In this document: in pieces, positions 53,366-64,000 of the stretch
How the letters are laid out: the number at the start of each line of letters is the position of its first letter
How positions within the stretch are numbered: position 1 is the stretch's first letter
Assembly: GCA_951406725.2 (NCBI GenBank)
Contig: OX597840.1
Location: 7,626,001 to 7,690,000 of the forward strand
Reading direction: 5' to 3'
DNA: 64,000 nucleotides
From: Octopus vulgaris
Lineage: Eukaryota
Program-made: the position numbers and the translations under genes
Notes under the pieces: generated by a model
Databases searched by the model: none
Told to the model about the DNA's origin: nothing
What the model saw: the letters and a program-made list of their open reading frames with translations, nothing else

Positions 53366-53547
53366 ATGCTATAGAACACACACACACACACACACACACA
53401 TATATCCAGCAATAAAAGGTTGCTCAGTGTGGAGTGCTTGTTTTGCTAGAAATAGCTGAAGTTCCCTTTGATATTGTATTTTACACTCTTAACAAAGAAA
53501 GGACATTTGGCAATTTAATCCTAGATATGTAAAAGGATGGATTAAAT

Positions 53548-53838
53548 CTGTGGTTCTCAATGGGGGTCATATAACCCTTATGGTAGGCTGGGAGTGGGAG
53601 TATATGAACCTCATGGGTCCATATGAGATTTTGCCGTTAAAATTATTGTGCAATCAACTAATTATATTTCTACATTACACAAAAAATATTTTAACATGTT
53701 TTTTATAAAATTCCCAAAAATATTTAATTATAAAAATATAAAAGGATTTTTTTAAAACAGCAAATGGCTCTGAGGGTCCACCCAAATAAAATTGGAATCA
53801 AAGGGGTCCATAAGTAAAAAAAGGGTCGAGAAACTTTG
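53548..53838. mobile_element. hAT-family MITE
   Basis: CTGTGGTTCTCAA ... TCGAGAAACTTTG degenerate TIRs; 8-bp TSD GATTAAAT/GTTTAAAT. Confidence 0.7.
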
Positions 53839-54037
53839 GTTTAAATGGTATATAGATGATGTTGTTGTGACTGGAACACATTTAGCCATGGGGTTCTTGG
53901 TCAGTGCTGACTTTGTGGTGGGGTCCCTGGCAAGCAATAGATTTGTGGGCTCAGATCACATCAGTAGGCCTATTTCTCTGTTCTTGCTCAAAATATTTCC
54001 TCTAATGTCATACACACACACGCACACATATATATAT

Positions 54038-54341
54038 CACGTGATCATGTGACTGACCAGACCATCAGATGTTGCTACACATCGCTGGTCACAATGCGCT
54101 TTGCATTGTTTTAGCCATCGAATGACGCCACCCCGCTGGCTAAGCGAGCAGGGCAACAGAAGAAAGAGTGAGAGAAAGTTGTGGCGAAAGAGTACAGCAG
54201 GGGTCACCACCCCCTGCCGGAGCCTCATGGAGCTTTTAGGTGTTTTCGCTCAATAAACACACACAACGCCCGGTCTGGGAATTGAAACCGCGATCCTACG
54301 ACCGCGAGTCCGCTGCCCTAACCGCTGGCCCATTGCACCTC

Positions 54342-54342
<1 letters not shown>
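54038..54342 (-). mobile_element. SINE family C variant
   Basis: Minus-strand head GGAGGTGCAATGGGCCAGCGGTTAGGGCAGCGGACTCGCGGTCG; the 3' half differs from the 16264 copies. Confidence 0.75.
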
Positions 54343-54403
<61 letters not shown>

Positions 54404-54531
54404 AGTCAGTGGAGGGACTTCACTACCTCATATGTTCTTAACATTTAAATCCATATCTTTGTCTATATATCTACCTTCTCTATAATGTTGCCACTTGATT
54501 TGAAAACTTTTATATTAATGGAAAACCTTTA

Positions 54532-54624
54532 TAATTGGCTGATGAGTGCTCAGCATCTTAAATCTGTTGTAATACTTACAACATTTAATAAAATGATGTA
54601 GTACGAAACGATCGTACCAAATTA
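54532..54624 (+). ncRNA. Type I hammerhead ribozyme (Penelope-type), complete core
   Basis: Stem I TTGG/CCAA; CTGATGA (54539-45); stem II GTGCT...AGTAC with a long paired extension; GAAA (54605-08); palindromic stem III CGATCG; GUA cleavage triplet (cut after 54616). Confidence 0.8.
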
Positions 54625-55119
54625 CCGGAGGTCATTCTTGTTGCTTATTTTGATTATAATCACCCCACAAATTTTTATGGATAACACCATACAAATTTCT
54701 GGTGCGTCTAAATTAAGTACCATATTCATTCGAATCTAAATTTTTGCTATATATATATATATATACACATACACGTTTTCTGTGACAGGTCGTAAATCAA
54801 TCTGGTCTTATGTCAGATTTATATTTTTCAACACTGTTTGCATTCATGCAACTGATGTTTGAGAGCAACTGAGTGAGAGACAGTAGCAAGCAGTGGGATG
54901 TCTGGGTCTGAGGGAGGTCTTGCATTGCCAGATGCTGCCATAGTTATCCTATGTGCAGCTGCCCAACGTCTGATGATTGGATTTTTTTCTTTATTTATTT
55001 TTTCATTTTCGTGGTCATAAGTTGAGGAGGTGTGCCTTCGTTTTGGAAGTCATTTGACCCTGTTATCTCCCCTACTGTCCCTCTAGCGCCTGACCACTGT
55101 CCGAAGTCAGGACGCCATG

Positions 55120-55508
55120 ATAGATCGTTAGCCACAACACACATTTTTTTCTCTCCTTGTTTTTTCTGTGTCCCTTTCTGTCAATTGTTTTTTCTGTGTC
55201 CCTTTCTGTCAATTGTTTTTTCTGTGTCCCTTTCTATTTCTGAGCGCCATACTGATACATTTGTTTGTTTGTACTCCACCTGCCTTCGTCTTTTGCTTAT
55301 TTTCATAAACCTTCCTGTTATATATATATATATATATATATATATCATCATCATTGTTTAGCGTTGATGATGATATATATATATATATAACAGGAAGGTT
55401 TACGAAAATAAGCAAAAGACGAAGGCAGGTGGAGTACAAACAAACAAATGTATTAGTATGGCGCTCAGAAATAGAAATAGAACAAGTCTTTTACGTTTCG
55501 AGCCTACG

Positions 55509-55512
<4 letters not shown>
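55120..55512. mobile_element. Inverted pair of the Penelope-like pLTR repeat
   Basis: 55235-55320 (+) and 55390-55512 (-) are copies of the 28190 unit facing each other across (TA)n. Confidence 0.7.
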
Positions 55513-55553
<41 letters not shown>

Positions 55554-56244
55554 CATCATCATTTTTAACGTCCGTTTTCCATGCTAGCATGGGTTGGGCG
55601 GTTCGACCAGGTCTGGTAGGCCATGAAGGCTGCACCAGGCTCCAGTCTGGTTTGGCAGTGTTTCTACGGCTGGATGCCCTTCCTAACGCCAACCACTCCA
55701 TGAGTGTAGTGGGTGTTTTTTATGTGCTACCGGCACAGAGCCAGAGGAGGCTGGCAAACGGCCGCGGTTTGATGGTGCTTTTTATGTGCCACCGGCACAG
55801 GTGTCTTAACTACAATTTCCATATATATATATATATATATATATGAGGTGGAGGTGTGGCTGTGCAGTCGAGAAGTTTGTCTTGGGTTCAGTTCCACTGT
55901 GTGACACCTTGGGCAAGAGTTTTCTGCTGTAGCCCTCAGCCAATCAAAGGCTTCTGAGTGGATATGGTAGATAGAAACTGAAAGACTTCTCTTACACACA
56001 CATACACACACACGTGTGTGATTGTTTGTATTCTGTAGCATCTTTGCATGAAACCACTTGAGCTAAGGCTGTGATGTTGAAATTCCTTATTTACAAAGCA
56101 TGCCGTAGCTGCTCTAAGGTTTCGGAGAAAATGGAATTTAAATTCCTTTACTAGAAAAACTGGTAAGAGCTAGGAAAGGAATCTGACTGAGATAATAATA
56201 ATAATGATAATAATGATAATAATGATAATAATAATGATAATATA

Positions 56245-56518
56245 TATGAGAATGATCCCTGGCTTACTATCCCTGCAAGAAGTGCAAAAGATTGTCTTAA
56301 CTGGTACATCACACGTATTGAGAAGAGCATTGTCGATGTGAGAACTATTACTACCCATGTATTTTAATTTAACTTTATTTCTATCAAAAAAAAAAAAAAA
56401 TGAACGAACTAGTGAGTTTAGTTTAATGGCCTACCAATGTATACTATGAGTTTCTTTGCCCTAGGAGTCGGGAAGACACTCGGCAAGAAATGGAAGCAAA
56501 TTTGAAAGAAGAAGAAAA

Positions 56519-56520
<2 letters not shown>
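56245..56520 (+). mobile_element. R4/Dong-type (RLE) non-LTR retrotransposon 3' end in (TAA)n
   Basis: MIPGLLSLQEVQKIVLTGTSHVLRRALSM* resembles the Dong/R4 C-terminus (QKxxLLGTAHILR); 3'UTR follows, with (TAA)n on both sides. Confidence 0.75.
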
Positions 56521-56550
<30 letters not shown>

Positions 56551-57058
56551 TAATAATAATGTCTTTGCCCAACTTACTCAACCATGGAAAACTATTAAAC
56601 AAATGATATACAGATGGCATGTTTGGCGTTGAGACTGGGTTTTGATTATGATGGTCAATTTGTATATGTTCTTGTCTGTTATCTCATCATTCATCATCAT
56701 TTAATGTCCACTTTTCCATGCTTGCATGGGTCAGATGGAATTTGGTGAGGCAGATTTTCTACAGTTGGTTGCTCTTACTTTCACCAACCGGTTGAAGACC
56801 AATGCCACCTAAGTATCATCATCATCATCATTATCAAAATCTGCTTTCCATGCTGGTATGAGTTGGATGGTTTTATTGAAGCTGATGAATTAGTGGACTG
56901 CATTGTCATTTAACGCCCGTTTTCCATGGGTAGGACAGTTTGACTGAGGACTGGCAAGCCAGAAGGCTGTACCAGGCTCCAATCTGATCTGGCAAGGTTT
57001 CTACAGCTGGATGCCCTTTCTAACACCAATCACTCTGAGAGAGTGTAGTGGGTGCTTT

Positions 57059-57300
57059 TTATGTGCCACCAGCATGAGGGCCAATCAGGTAGTACTTGCA
57101 TCAACCATGCTTGAATGGTGCTTCTTATGTGCCACCGGTATGGGTGCCAGTCAGGCAGCACTGGCAACAACCATGCTTGAATGGTGCTTCTTATGTGCCA
57201 CCGGTATGGGTGCCAGTCAGGCGGCACTGGCAACAACCATGCTTGAATGGTGCTTCTTATGTGCCACCGGTATGGGTGCCAGTCAGGCGGTACTGGCACC
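57059..57300. repeat. 66-bp tandem repeat (~3.7 units) within a family D element
   Basis: TTATGTGCCACC at 57059, 57125, 57191 and 57257. Confidence 0.9.
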
Positions 57301-58046
57301 GTGTGTGTATGTGTGTGTGTCACCCCACTGCTTTGACAGTTGGTGTTGGTTTATTTGCATCTCTGTAACTTAGCAGTTTGGCAAAAGGAGACTGATAAAG
57401 TAAGTGCCATACTTAAAAAATACTAATACTGGTGTCGATTTGTTCAACTAAATCTTTCAAGATGGCGTCCCATCATAGCAACAGTTCAATGACTGAAACA
57501 GGCAAAATATAAAAGATAACACGTTGTGGATTACATTATTAAATATGTGTTGCTTTGAAGTCGGCAGTGTGTAATTAGCGGTACATTTGGCTGCTACTTT
57601 TAGCAGGTCAAGTGGCCATGTAGAAGCTTCTTTGTTGGCTCAACCCCAGGAGAGTATAATTGAGAGCTTTAAATAGCAGCTTGTGCTGTAGAATTATTGA
57701 TCATTGATTAGTTGGTGGCTTTGCGAAAAACTCAAGTTCCACTCCTCCGCTAGGAAATGCTACCTGCAGTAGATGATAGCTCTGCATTGTTATGCATGGA
57801 GATCAATTTAAATCTTGTCCACTTGACCCTTTGACTATCCAAATCATTTTCATAACTTTGTCCTGAATATCCGTGCTTGTTTTCAGACTTTTAGTTAGCC
57901 CTTGTTTCATAAATTCTGAGTTATACAAAGCTTTCTTTTCATAAGTCCCAAATTACTCCAGTGATTGGGAAAAAATCTGGTAATGTTTATCATATACCAG
58001 CTGGTTCCGTACCGTCAAAGATGACGGCTAATTGTAGTATTTTTTT

Positions 58047-58545
58047 GTCTTGTCTTGAGACAACATTCACCTGGGGTGGGTTGAGCTGGCTTCATTCATC
58101 CTCAATGCTGCATCTCTCACAAACGCCGTCCAGACCTGGCGATTTGAGGCTAACGGCCGCGTGATCTCCAACCACTCCTTATTCCAGCGGTGAATGCCGT
58201 AGATATGGGGGCCTAGGTTGTGTTCCAGATCAGCCTTGACTGTCATCAGGCAGGTTTTTCATTGTCCACCACATCGCTTTCGCCAACCCTGAAGGGGAGC
58301 TGGGGCAATTGCTTCGTAGATGACGGAAGGCATGACCCAGCCAACACAGACGTCTCAGGATGACTTGTCGGAGGGAGGCCATGAATCGCTACTGTAAAGG
58401 AGAATCGTTCACACTAGTGCTTGGTAGATCCGTACTTTGGTGGTGCGTCGGATCTCAGATCTTGACCAGAGTCGTGCATTGAGTCGGTTGAAGGCTTGGC
58501 GAGTGAGGTCGATTCGTGTTTTAATGTCAGCCTCACCTTAGCGGT
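58047..58545 (-). mobile_element. Degenerate, internally deleted RTE LINE 3' fragment
   Basis: Minus strand EADIKTRIDLTRQAFNRLNARLWSRSEIRRTTKVRIYQALV...GWRKRCGGQ*KT...RWNKEWL...; (ACAAG)n tail. Confidence 0.8.
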
Positions 58546-59324
58546 TGTATTTTGAGATGTGACATTGATCATCTGTTGTTACTGAAAGAACGCTGGTTCA
58601 CACATACATTCACATTCACATACTTCCCTTGTACACACACACACATATACACATATACTCACACAGAGTTGAAACGCTGTCTGAGTTTTCTTTTCAGTGT
58701 TGAATGTTCACCATCCCACTTCCATTGCACACACACACACAAGCATCTACATACTTCCATTTTACATACACACACACATATACTCACATAGAGTTGAAAT
58801 GCTCCAACTACCAGTTTGCCATCACCCCTTCCTTCCTTATTCATCTATCATCCCTTCCTTTCTCATTCATATGTTGTGACGGAGAAAAACACGAGTATTA
58901 TTATAGTAGATGGTGCATGGACACCAAGGAAATATGTCCTGGGTATTATATGTGATACACAGGAAAAGATTAAGGGTTAAGCAACAAGGCAAGATTCATA
59001 AGACTTATGTAGTCCTAGGAATATTATATCTGAAAAAATGGGGTGGTCATACTTGATTCACATCCACATGGTTCCAGGTTCAGACCCTCTGTGTGACACC
59101 TTGGGCAAGTGTCTTCTATTAGAGCCTTAGACCAACCAAAGCCCTGTGAGTGGACTTAGTAGGCAGGAACTAAAAGAAGCCGGCGAGCTGGCAGAATCGT
59201 TAGCACGCCGGGCGAAATGCTTTGCGGTATTTCGTCTGCCGTTACGTTCTGAGTTCAAATTCTGCGGAGGTCGACTTTACCTTTCATCCTTTCGGGGTTG
59301 ATTAAATAAGTACCAGTTAATCCA

Positions 59325-59495
59325 GGCGCAGGAGTGGCTGTGTGGTAAATAGCTTGTTAACCAACCACATGGTTCCGGGTTCAGTCCCACTGCGTGGCAT
59401 CTTGGGCAAGTGTCTTCTTCTATAGCCTCGGGCTGACCAAAGCCTTGTGAGTGGATTTGGTAGACGGAAACTGAAAGAAGCCTGTTGTATATATG

Positions 59496-59532
<37 letters not shown>

Positions 59533-59738
59533 GTGTCTGTGTTTGTCCCCGTAGCATTGCTTGACAACCGATGCTGGTGTGTTTACGTTCCCGTCACTTA
59601 GCGGTTCGGCAAAAAGAGACCGATAGAATAAGTACTGGGCTTACAAAAGAATAAGTCCCGGGGTCGATTTGCTCGACTAAAGGCGGTGCTCAAGCATGTC
59701 CGCAGTCAAATGACTGAAACAAGTAAAAGAGTAAAAGA
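59325..59738 (+). mobile_element. SINE family A, full length, abutting a family B fragment (59180-59320)
   Basis: Matches 304-692. Confidence 0.88.
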
Positions 59739-60156
59739 GAGAGAGAGAGTGTATCCTATATGACACACACATATGATACACACCAGCGAAATATGCCCTG
59801 TGTATCGCATGTGATACACAGGATAGGCAAAAGATTAATAGTGGGACAGGAAATATCCAGTGACTCACAGGGTCTTTGTGTCTCAGAAAGTTTAAGTTTA
59901 CCAGAGCGATGGTGATATATAGATGCGTAGACAGGCGGAGACAGAGGGAAGGAGAGCGAGAGAGAATTACTGTGTTATCTCAGACAACTGATGCCAATAT
60001 TATAGATTGGATATTAAACTGGTGAGTTTACAGCTGTAAATGTGAAAAGACTGCATTCCGATTTAATGTGATCTAAAATTAGAACCCGATTTCTAATTCT
60101 GGTCAGCAGGCCACAGATGATTGGAGGGTATCGGTCCTGTGGTGGTGCTGGTGGTA

Positions 60157-60415
60157 TATCATCATCATCAGCCTCATCATCAGCAGCAGCAATATCATCA
60201 TGATCATCATCATCAGCATGATCGTCATCAGCATGATCGTCATCAGCATCGTCATCAACATCATCATCATCAACATCATCGTCATCATCATCATCATCAA
60301 CATCATCAGTATCATCATCAACATCATCAGTATCATCATCAACATCATCATGACGATCATCATCATCATGATCGTCATCATCATGATTGTCAGCATCATG
60401 ATGATCATCATGATG
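60157..60415. repeat. Degenerate (CAT)n microsatellite
   Basis: Direct reading. Confidence 0.9.
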
Positions 60416-61297
60416 TGTAAGTAACTAATCATACTATATCATAATCAATGAACATGTCTTAAACTTTATTTATAACTTGGATAAATATTTTGCTGAGCGC
60501 AAAATCTTGGCAGATATGGTTGAGCTAATAGATCAGTTACTAAGGATAGCCAAACCAATAGAGTGACATATCATTGATAATTTATCATGTCCATAGTTCA
60601 GGGTGGGGACTTTTTTTTTTATTTTATGAAATTTTAGTTGGTGGCTGAGGGACAGTGCCTATAGCTTCTGTGGCCCCTTTCAAACAGGTGTGGAGGTGTG
60701 GTTTGGTACAAATTTCTGTAGGTACAAGCCTGGTAGTGTGGTTAGGAAGTTTGTTTCTCAACTATGTGACTTTTGAGTTCAGTCCCACAGTGTGGCACTT
60801 TGGGCACCCTGTAGTTCTGGGCTGGTTAAAACTTTGGGAGTGAACTCTTTCTCCACAACTTTCTCTCACTCTTTCCTCCTGCATCTTGCAGCCCACCTGC
60901 GATGGACCGGCGTCCCGTCCAGGTAGGGAACCTATACGCCAAGAAACCTGGAAACTGGCCCTTATGAGCCAGGCATAGCTCGAGAAGGAACAAACAAACA
61001 ATCTAATGTGTAATTTGACGAAGGTGTGTGGCTTAATGGTTAGGGTATTGTACCTGTGATTGTAAGATCATGGTTTTGATTCCTGGATGGGTATTGCATT
61101 GTGTTCTTCAACAGAGCACTTCATTTCACATTCCTCTTGCCCACCCACCTGCAAAATGAGCTCTAGCAATAATTGAGCAGTCAACCCTGGAGAGTGTTGT
61201 AATTTGTCGCGTAAGCCCCACAGAAACAGATTAATCCAGTGTCCCATTCAGAGTGGGACGTGTTGTAATGCCAGTCATTTATATGCCATGGAAACAA

Positions 61298-61842
61298 GGT
61301 GGTGAGCTGGCAGAGACGTTAGCACGCCGGGCTAAGTGCTTCACAGTATTTCACCCATCGCTACGTTGTGAGTTCAAATTCTGCCGAGGTCGACTTTGCC
61401 TTTCATTCTTTCGGGGTCGATAAATTAAGTACTGGGCTAAGTGCTTCGCAGTATTTCACCCATCGCTACGTTGTGAGTTCAAATTCTGCCGAGGTCGACT
61501 TTGCCTTTCATTCTTTCGGGGTCGATAAATTAAGTACTGGGCTAAGTGCTTCGCAGTATTTCACCCATCGCTACGTTGTGAGTTCAAATTCTGCCGAGGT
61601 CGACTTTGCCTTTCATTCTTTCGGGGTCGATAAATTAAGTACTGGGCTAAGTGCTTCGCAGTATTTCACCCATCGCTACGTTGTGAGTTCAAATTCTGCC
61701 GAGGTCGACTTTGCCTTTCATCCTTTCGGGGTCGATAAATTAAATACCAGTTATGCACTGGGGACGATGTAATCGACTTAATCCGTTTGTCTGTCCTTGT
61801 TTGTCCCCTCTGTGTTTAGCCCCTTGTGGGTAATAAAGAAAC
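61298..61842 (+). mobile_element. SINE family B with an internal 105-bp x4 tandem amplification
   Basis: GGGCTAAGTGCTT at 61329, 61434, 61539 and 61644, between an intact head and tail. Confidence 0.9.
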
Positions 61843-63183
61843 ATATATGCCTTGGAAACCACATTAAGCTCAATCCTTAGGAAGCCAAAGGTTCATAACA
61901 GATCTATGGTGTAATCACATCTCCCCCATGTAAACATGATAGGGTGAGTCATGAGAAAATGGCGATGTATTTATATTTTCCACCTTGTTTTCCATTTGCC
62001 TTTACCTTATCGGTCAGGCAAGTTTTGTTGTTGGTGTAGTAGTGCAAGTAATGAAAATTCTTCTTAAAACCTGGGTGCCACCCTGTGAATTGTAACCACC
62101 CAACTGTGAAGTTCAGGCAGTACAATCTTCTTTCTCTTTTTGTTACCAGGTTGTAAGCATGGGCGTGGCTGTGTAGTAAGAAATTTGTTTCCCACCCACA
62201 TGATTCTGCTTTCAGTCCTTCTGCGTAACACCTTGGGCAAGTGTCTTCTGCTATAGCCTCAGTGGATTTGGTTGATGGAAACTTAAAGAAGCCTATCGTG
62301 TGTGTGTGTGTGTGTGTGTGTATGTATATATATATATATATATATATATGTCTTTTCCGTAGGCTTTTCTTCCCACGGATAAATCTTATCTGCTTCCCCT
62401 TTACACCTTACATCATGACACTGTGATACACGATCCCTATTGATCGTTTTTTTTTTGTTTCTTTTCTTTTCATTCCTTTTTTTCTTCTTCTTTCTGCTTT
62501 CCCTTTTACGATCCCTTTTGATCGAAAACCTACCCCACCTTTATATTTTTTCTCTCCCCCAAAAAGAAAAGCTCTACTTTGTAATCTGTCCCGTCTTTGT
62601 GCAGCCCTGTGTGGCTAATAAAGAAACATATATATATATATATATATATTTCATTTAATGACCGATGTCCATGCTGGCATGGGTTGGACAATGTGACCAG
62701 GACTGGCAAGCTAGAAGGGCTGCCCCAGACTCCAGTCTGATTTGGCATGGTTTCTATGGCTTGCTGCTATTCCTAATGCCAACCACTTTACAGTGTGTGC
62801 TGGGTGCTTTTACATGGTGTCATATATATATATATATATATTTTATTTATGCGCCCTTTTCAAGCCTAACCAGGCTCATGGGCCCGGTTTCCTGGTTTCT
62901 GTGGCGTATGTGTTCCCCCCCAGCTGGGCGGGATCCCAGTCCATCACAGCGTTACCCAAGAAACAGGAGCTTTAGGTGTTTTCGCTCAGTAAACACACAT
63001 AACGCCTGGTCTGGGAATCGAAACCACGATCCTCTGACCGCAAGTCCGCTGCCCTAACCACTGGGCCATTGCGCCTCCACACACATATATATATGTGTGT
63101 GTGTGTTGGTTTGTTTACGTCCTCGTAACTGTGGTTTGGTGATAGAAACCTTTAGAGTAAGTACCATATTTTTTTAAATGAAA

Positions 63184-63590
63184 GGCACAGGAGTGGCTGT
63201 GTGGTAAGTAGTTTGCTAACTAACCACATGGTTCCGGGTTCAGTCCCACTGCGTGGCATCTTGGGCAAGTGTCTTCTGCTATAGCCCCAGGCTGACCAAT
63301 GCCTTGTGAGTGGATTTGGTAGACGGAAACTGAAAGAAGCCTGTCGTATATATGTATATATATATAAGTGTGTGTGTATGTGTTTGTGTGTCTTTGTTTG
63401 TCCCCCTAGCATTGCTTGACAACCGATGCTGGTGTGTTTACGTCCCCGTCACTTAGCGGTTCGGCAAAAGAGACCGATAGAATAAGTACTGGGCTTACAA
63501 AGAATAAGTCCCGGGGTCGATTTGCTCGACTAAAGGCGGTGCTCCAGCATGGCCGCAGTCAAATGACTGGAACAAGGAAAAGAGTAAAAG
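63184..63590 (+). mobile_element. SINE family A, full length
   Basis: Matches 304-692. Confidence 0.88.
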
Positions 63591-64000
63591 AGAGTATGTA
63601 CTGGGGTCGATTTGTTTCATTAAACCCATCGAGGCAGTGCCCCAGTATGGCCACAGTCCAGTAACTGAAGTAAGCAAAAGAAGAAATGATTGGGATATTA
63701 ATGCTGTTATCCAGATGGCCATAGCTGCATGTCCATTCTATTTATCTCTTTCATTATTTTGTTTTTTTTATGTGTGTGTATCGGACCGATTTTACCAAAT
63801 TAACCAACCATTGTTATATTTTTATTGATTTCTAGCAATGTTTAACTTCATGGTTACCCCCCCCCCATCCAATTTATATATTTGTAGTATTTGATAAATA
63901 GAATGTAATTTATACAGAGTTCTTGAAACATTTTGTTGGCAACCAAAAACACTGCACCAAAGATGTCTGCATCGATGTTTTTGTATGTTTGTCTTTTCTT

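Noticed and set aside
60103-60432. His-rich / Met-rich ORFs
   Set aside because: A (CAT)n microsatellite open in several frames; no gene context.
61329-61745. CRISPR-like regular repeats (also 57059 and 35930)
   Set aside because: Units are wholly repeated with no unique spacers, there are no cas genes, and the context is eukaryotic.

Overview
AT-rich, repeat-saturated metazoan DNA, most likely Octopus (inferred from the SINE families, the dense (TA)n/(TG)n/(TAA)n microsatellites and the gene style). I recognise one host coding exon: coding exon 1 of the PICALM/AP180 (LAP/unc-11) clathrin-assembly gene (3629-3758, +, phase-1 GTGAGT donor), with a probable promoter/5'UTR upstream. I found no exon 2, so the remaining ~60 kb appears to be one very large intron. 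It holds at least four SINE families, RTE and R4/Dong LINE fragments, Tc1/mariner, piggyBac, hAT and Helitron relics, and tandem repeats. The most notable signal is a set of small inserts in (TA)n tracts that carry Penelope-type minimal hammerhead ribozyme motifs, including an apparently intact sense-strand one at 54532-54624. Several long near-perfect fold-back hairpins are candidate ADAR or small-RNA substrates. Almost all ORFs in the supplied track are microsatellite or SINE artefacts. Everything was read by eye; no searches or folding programs were run.
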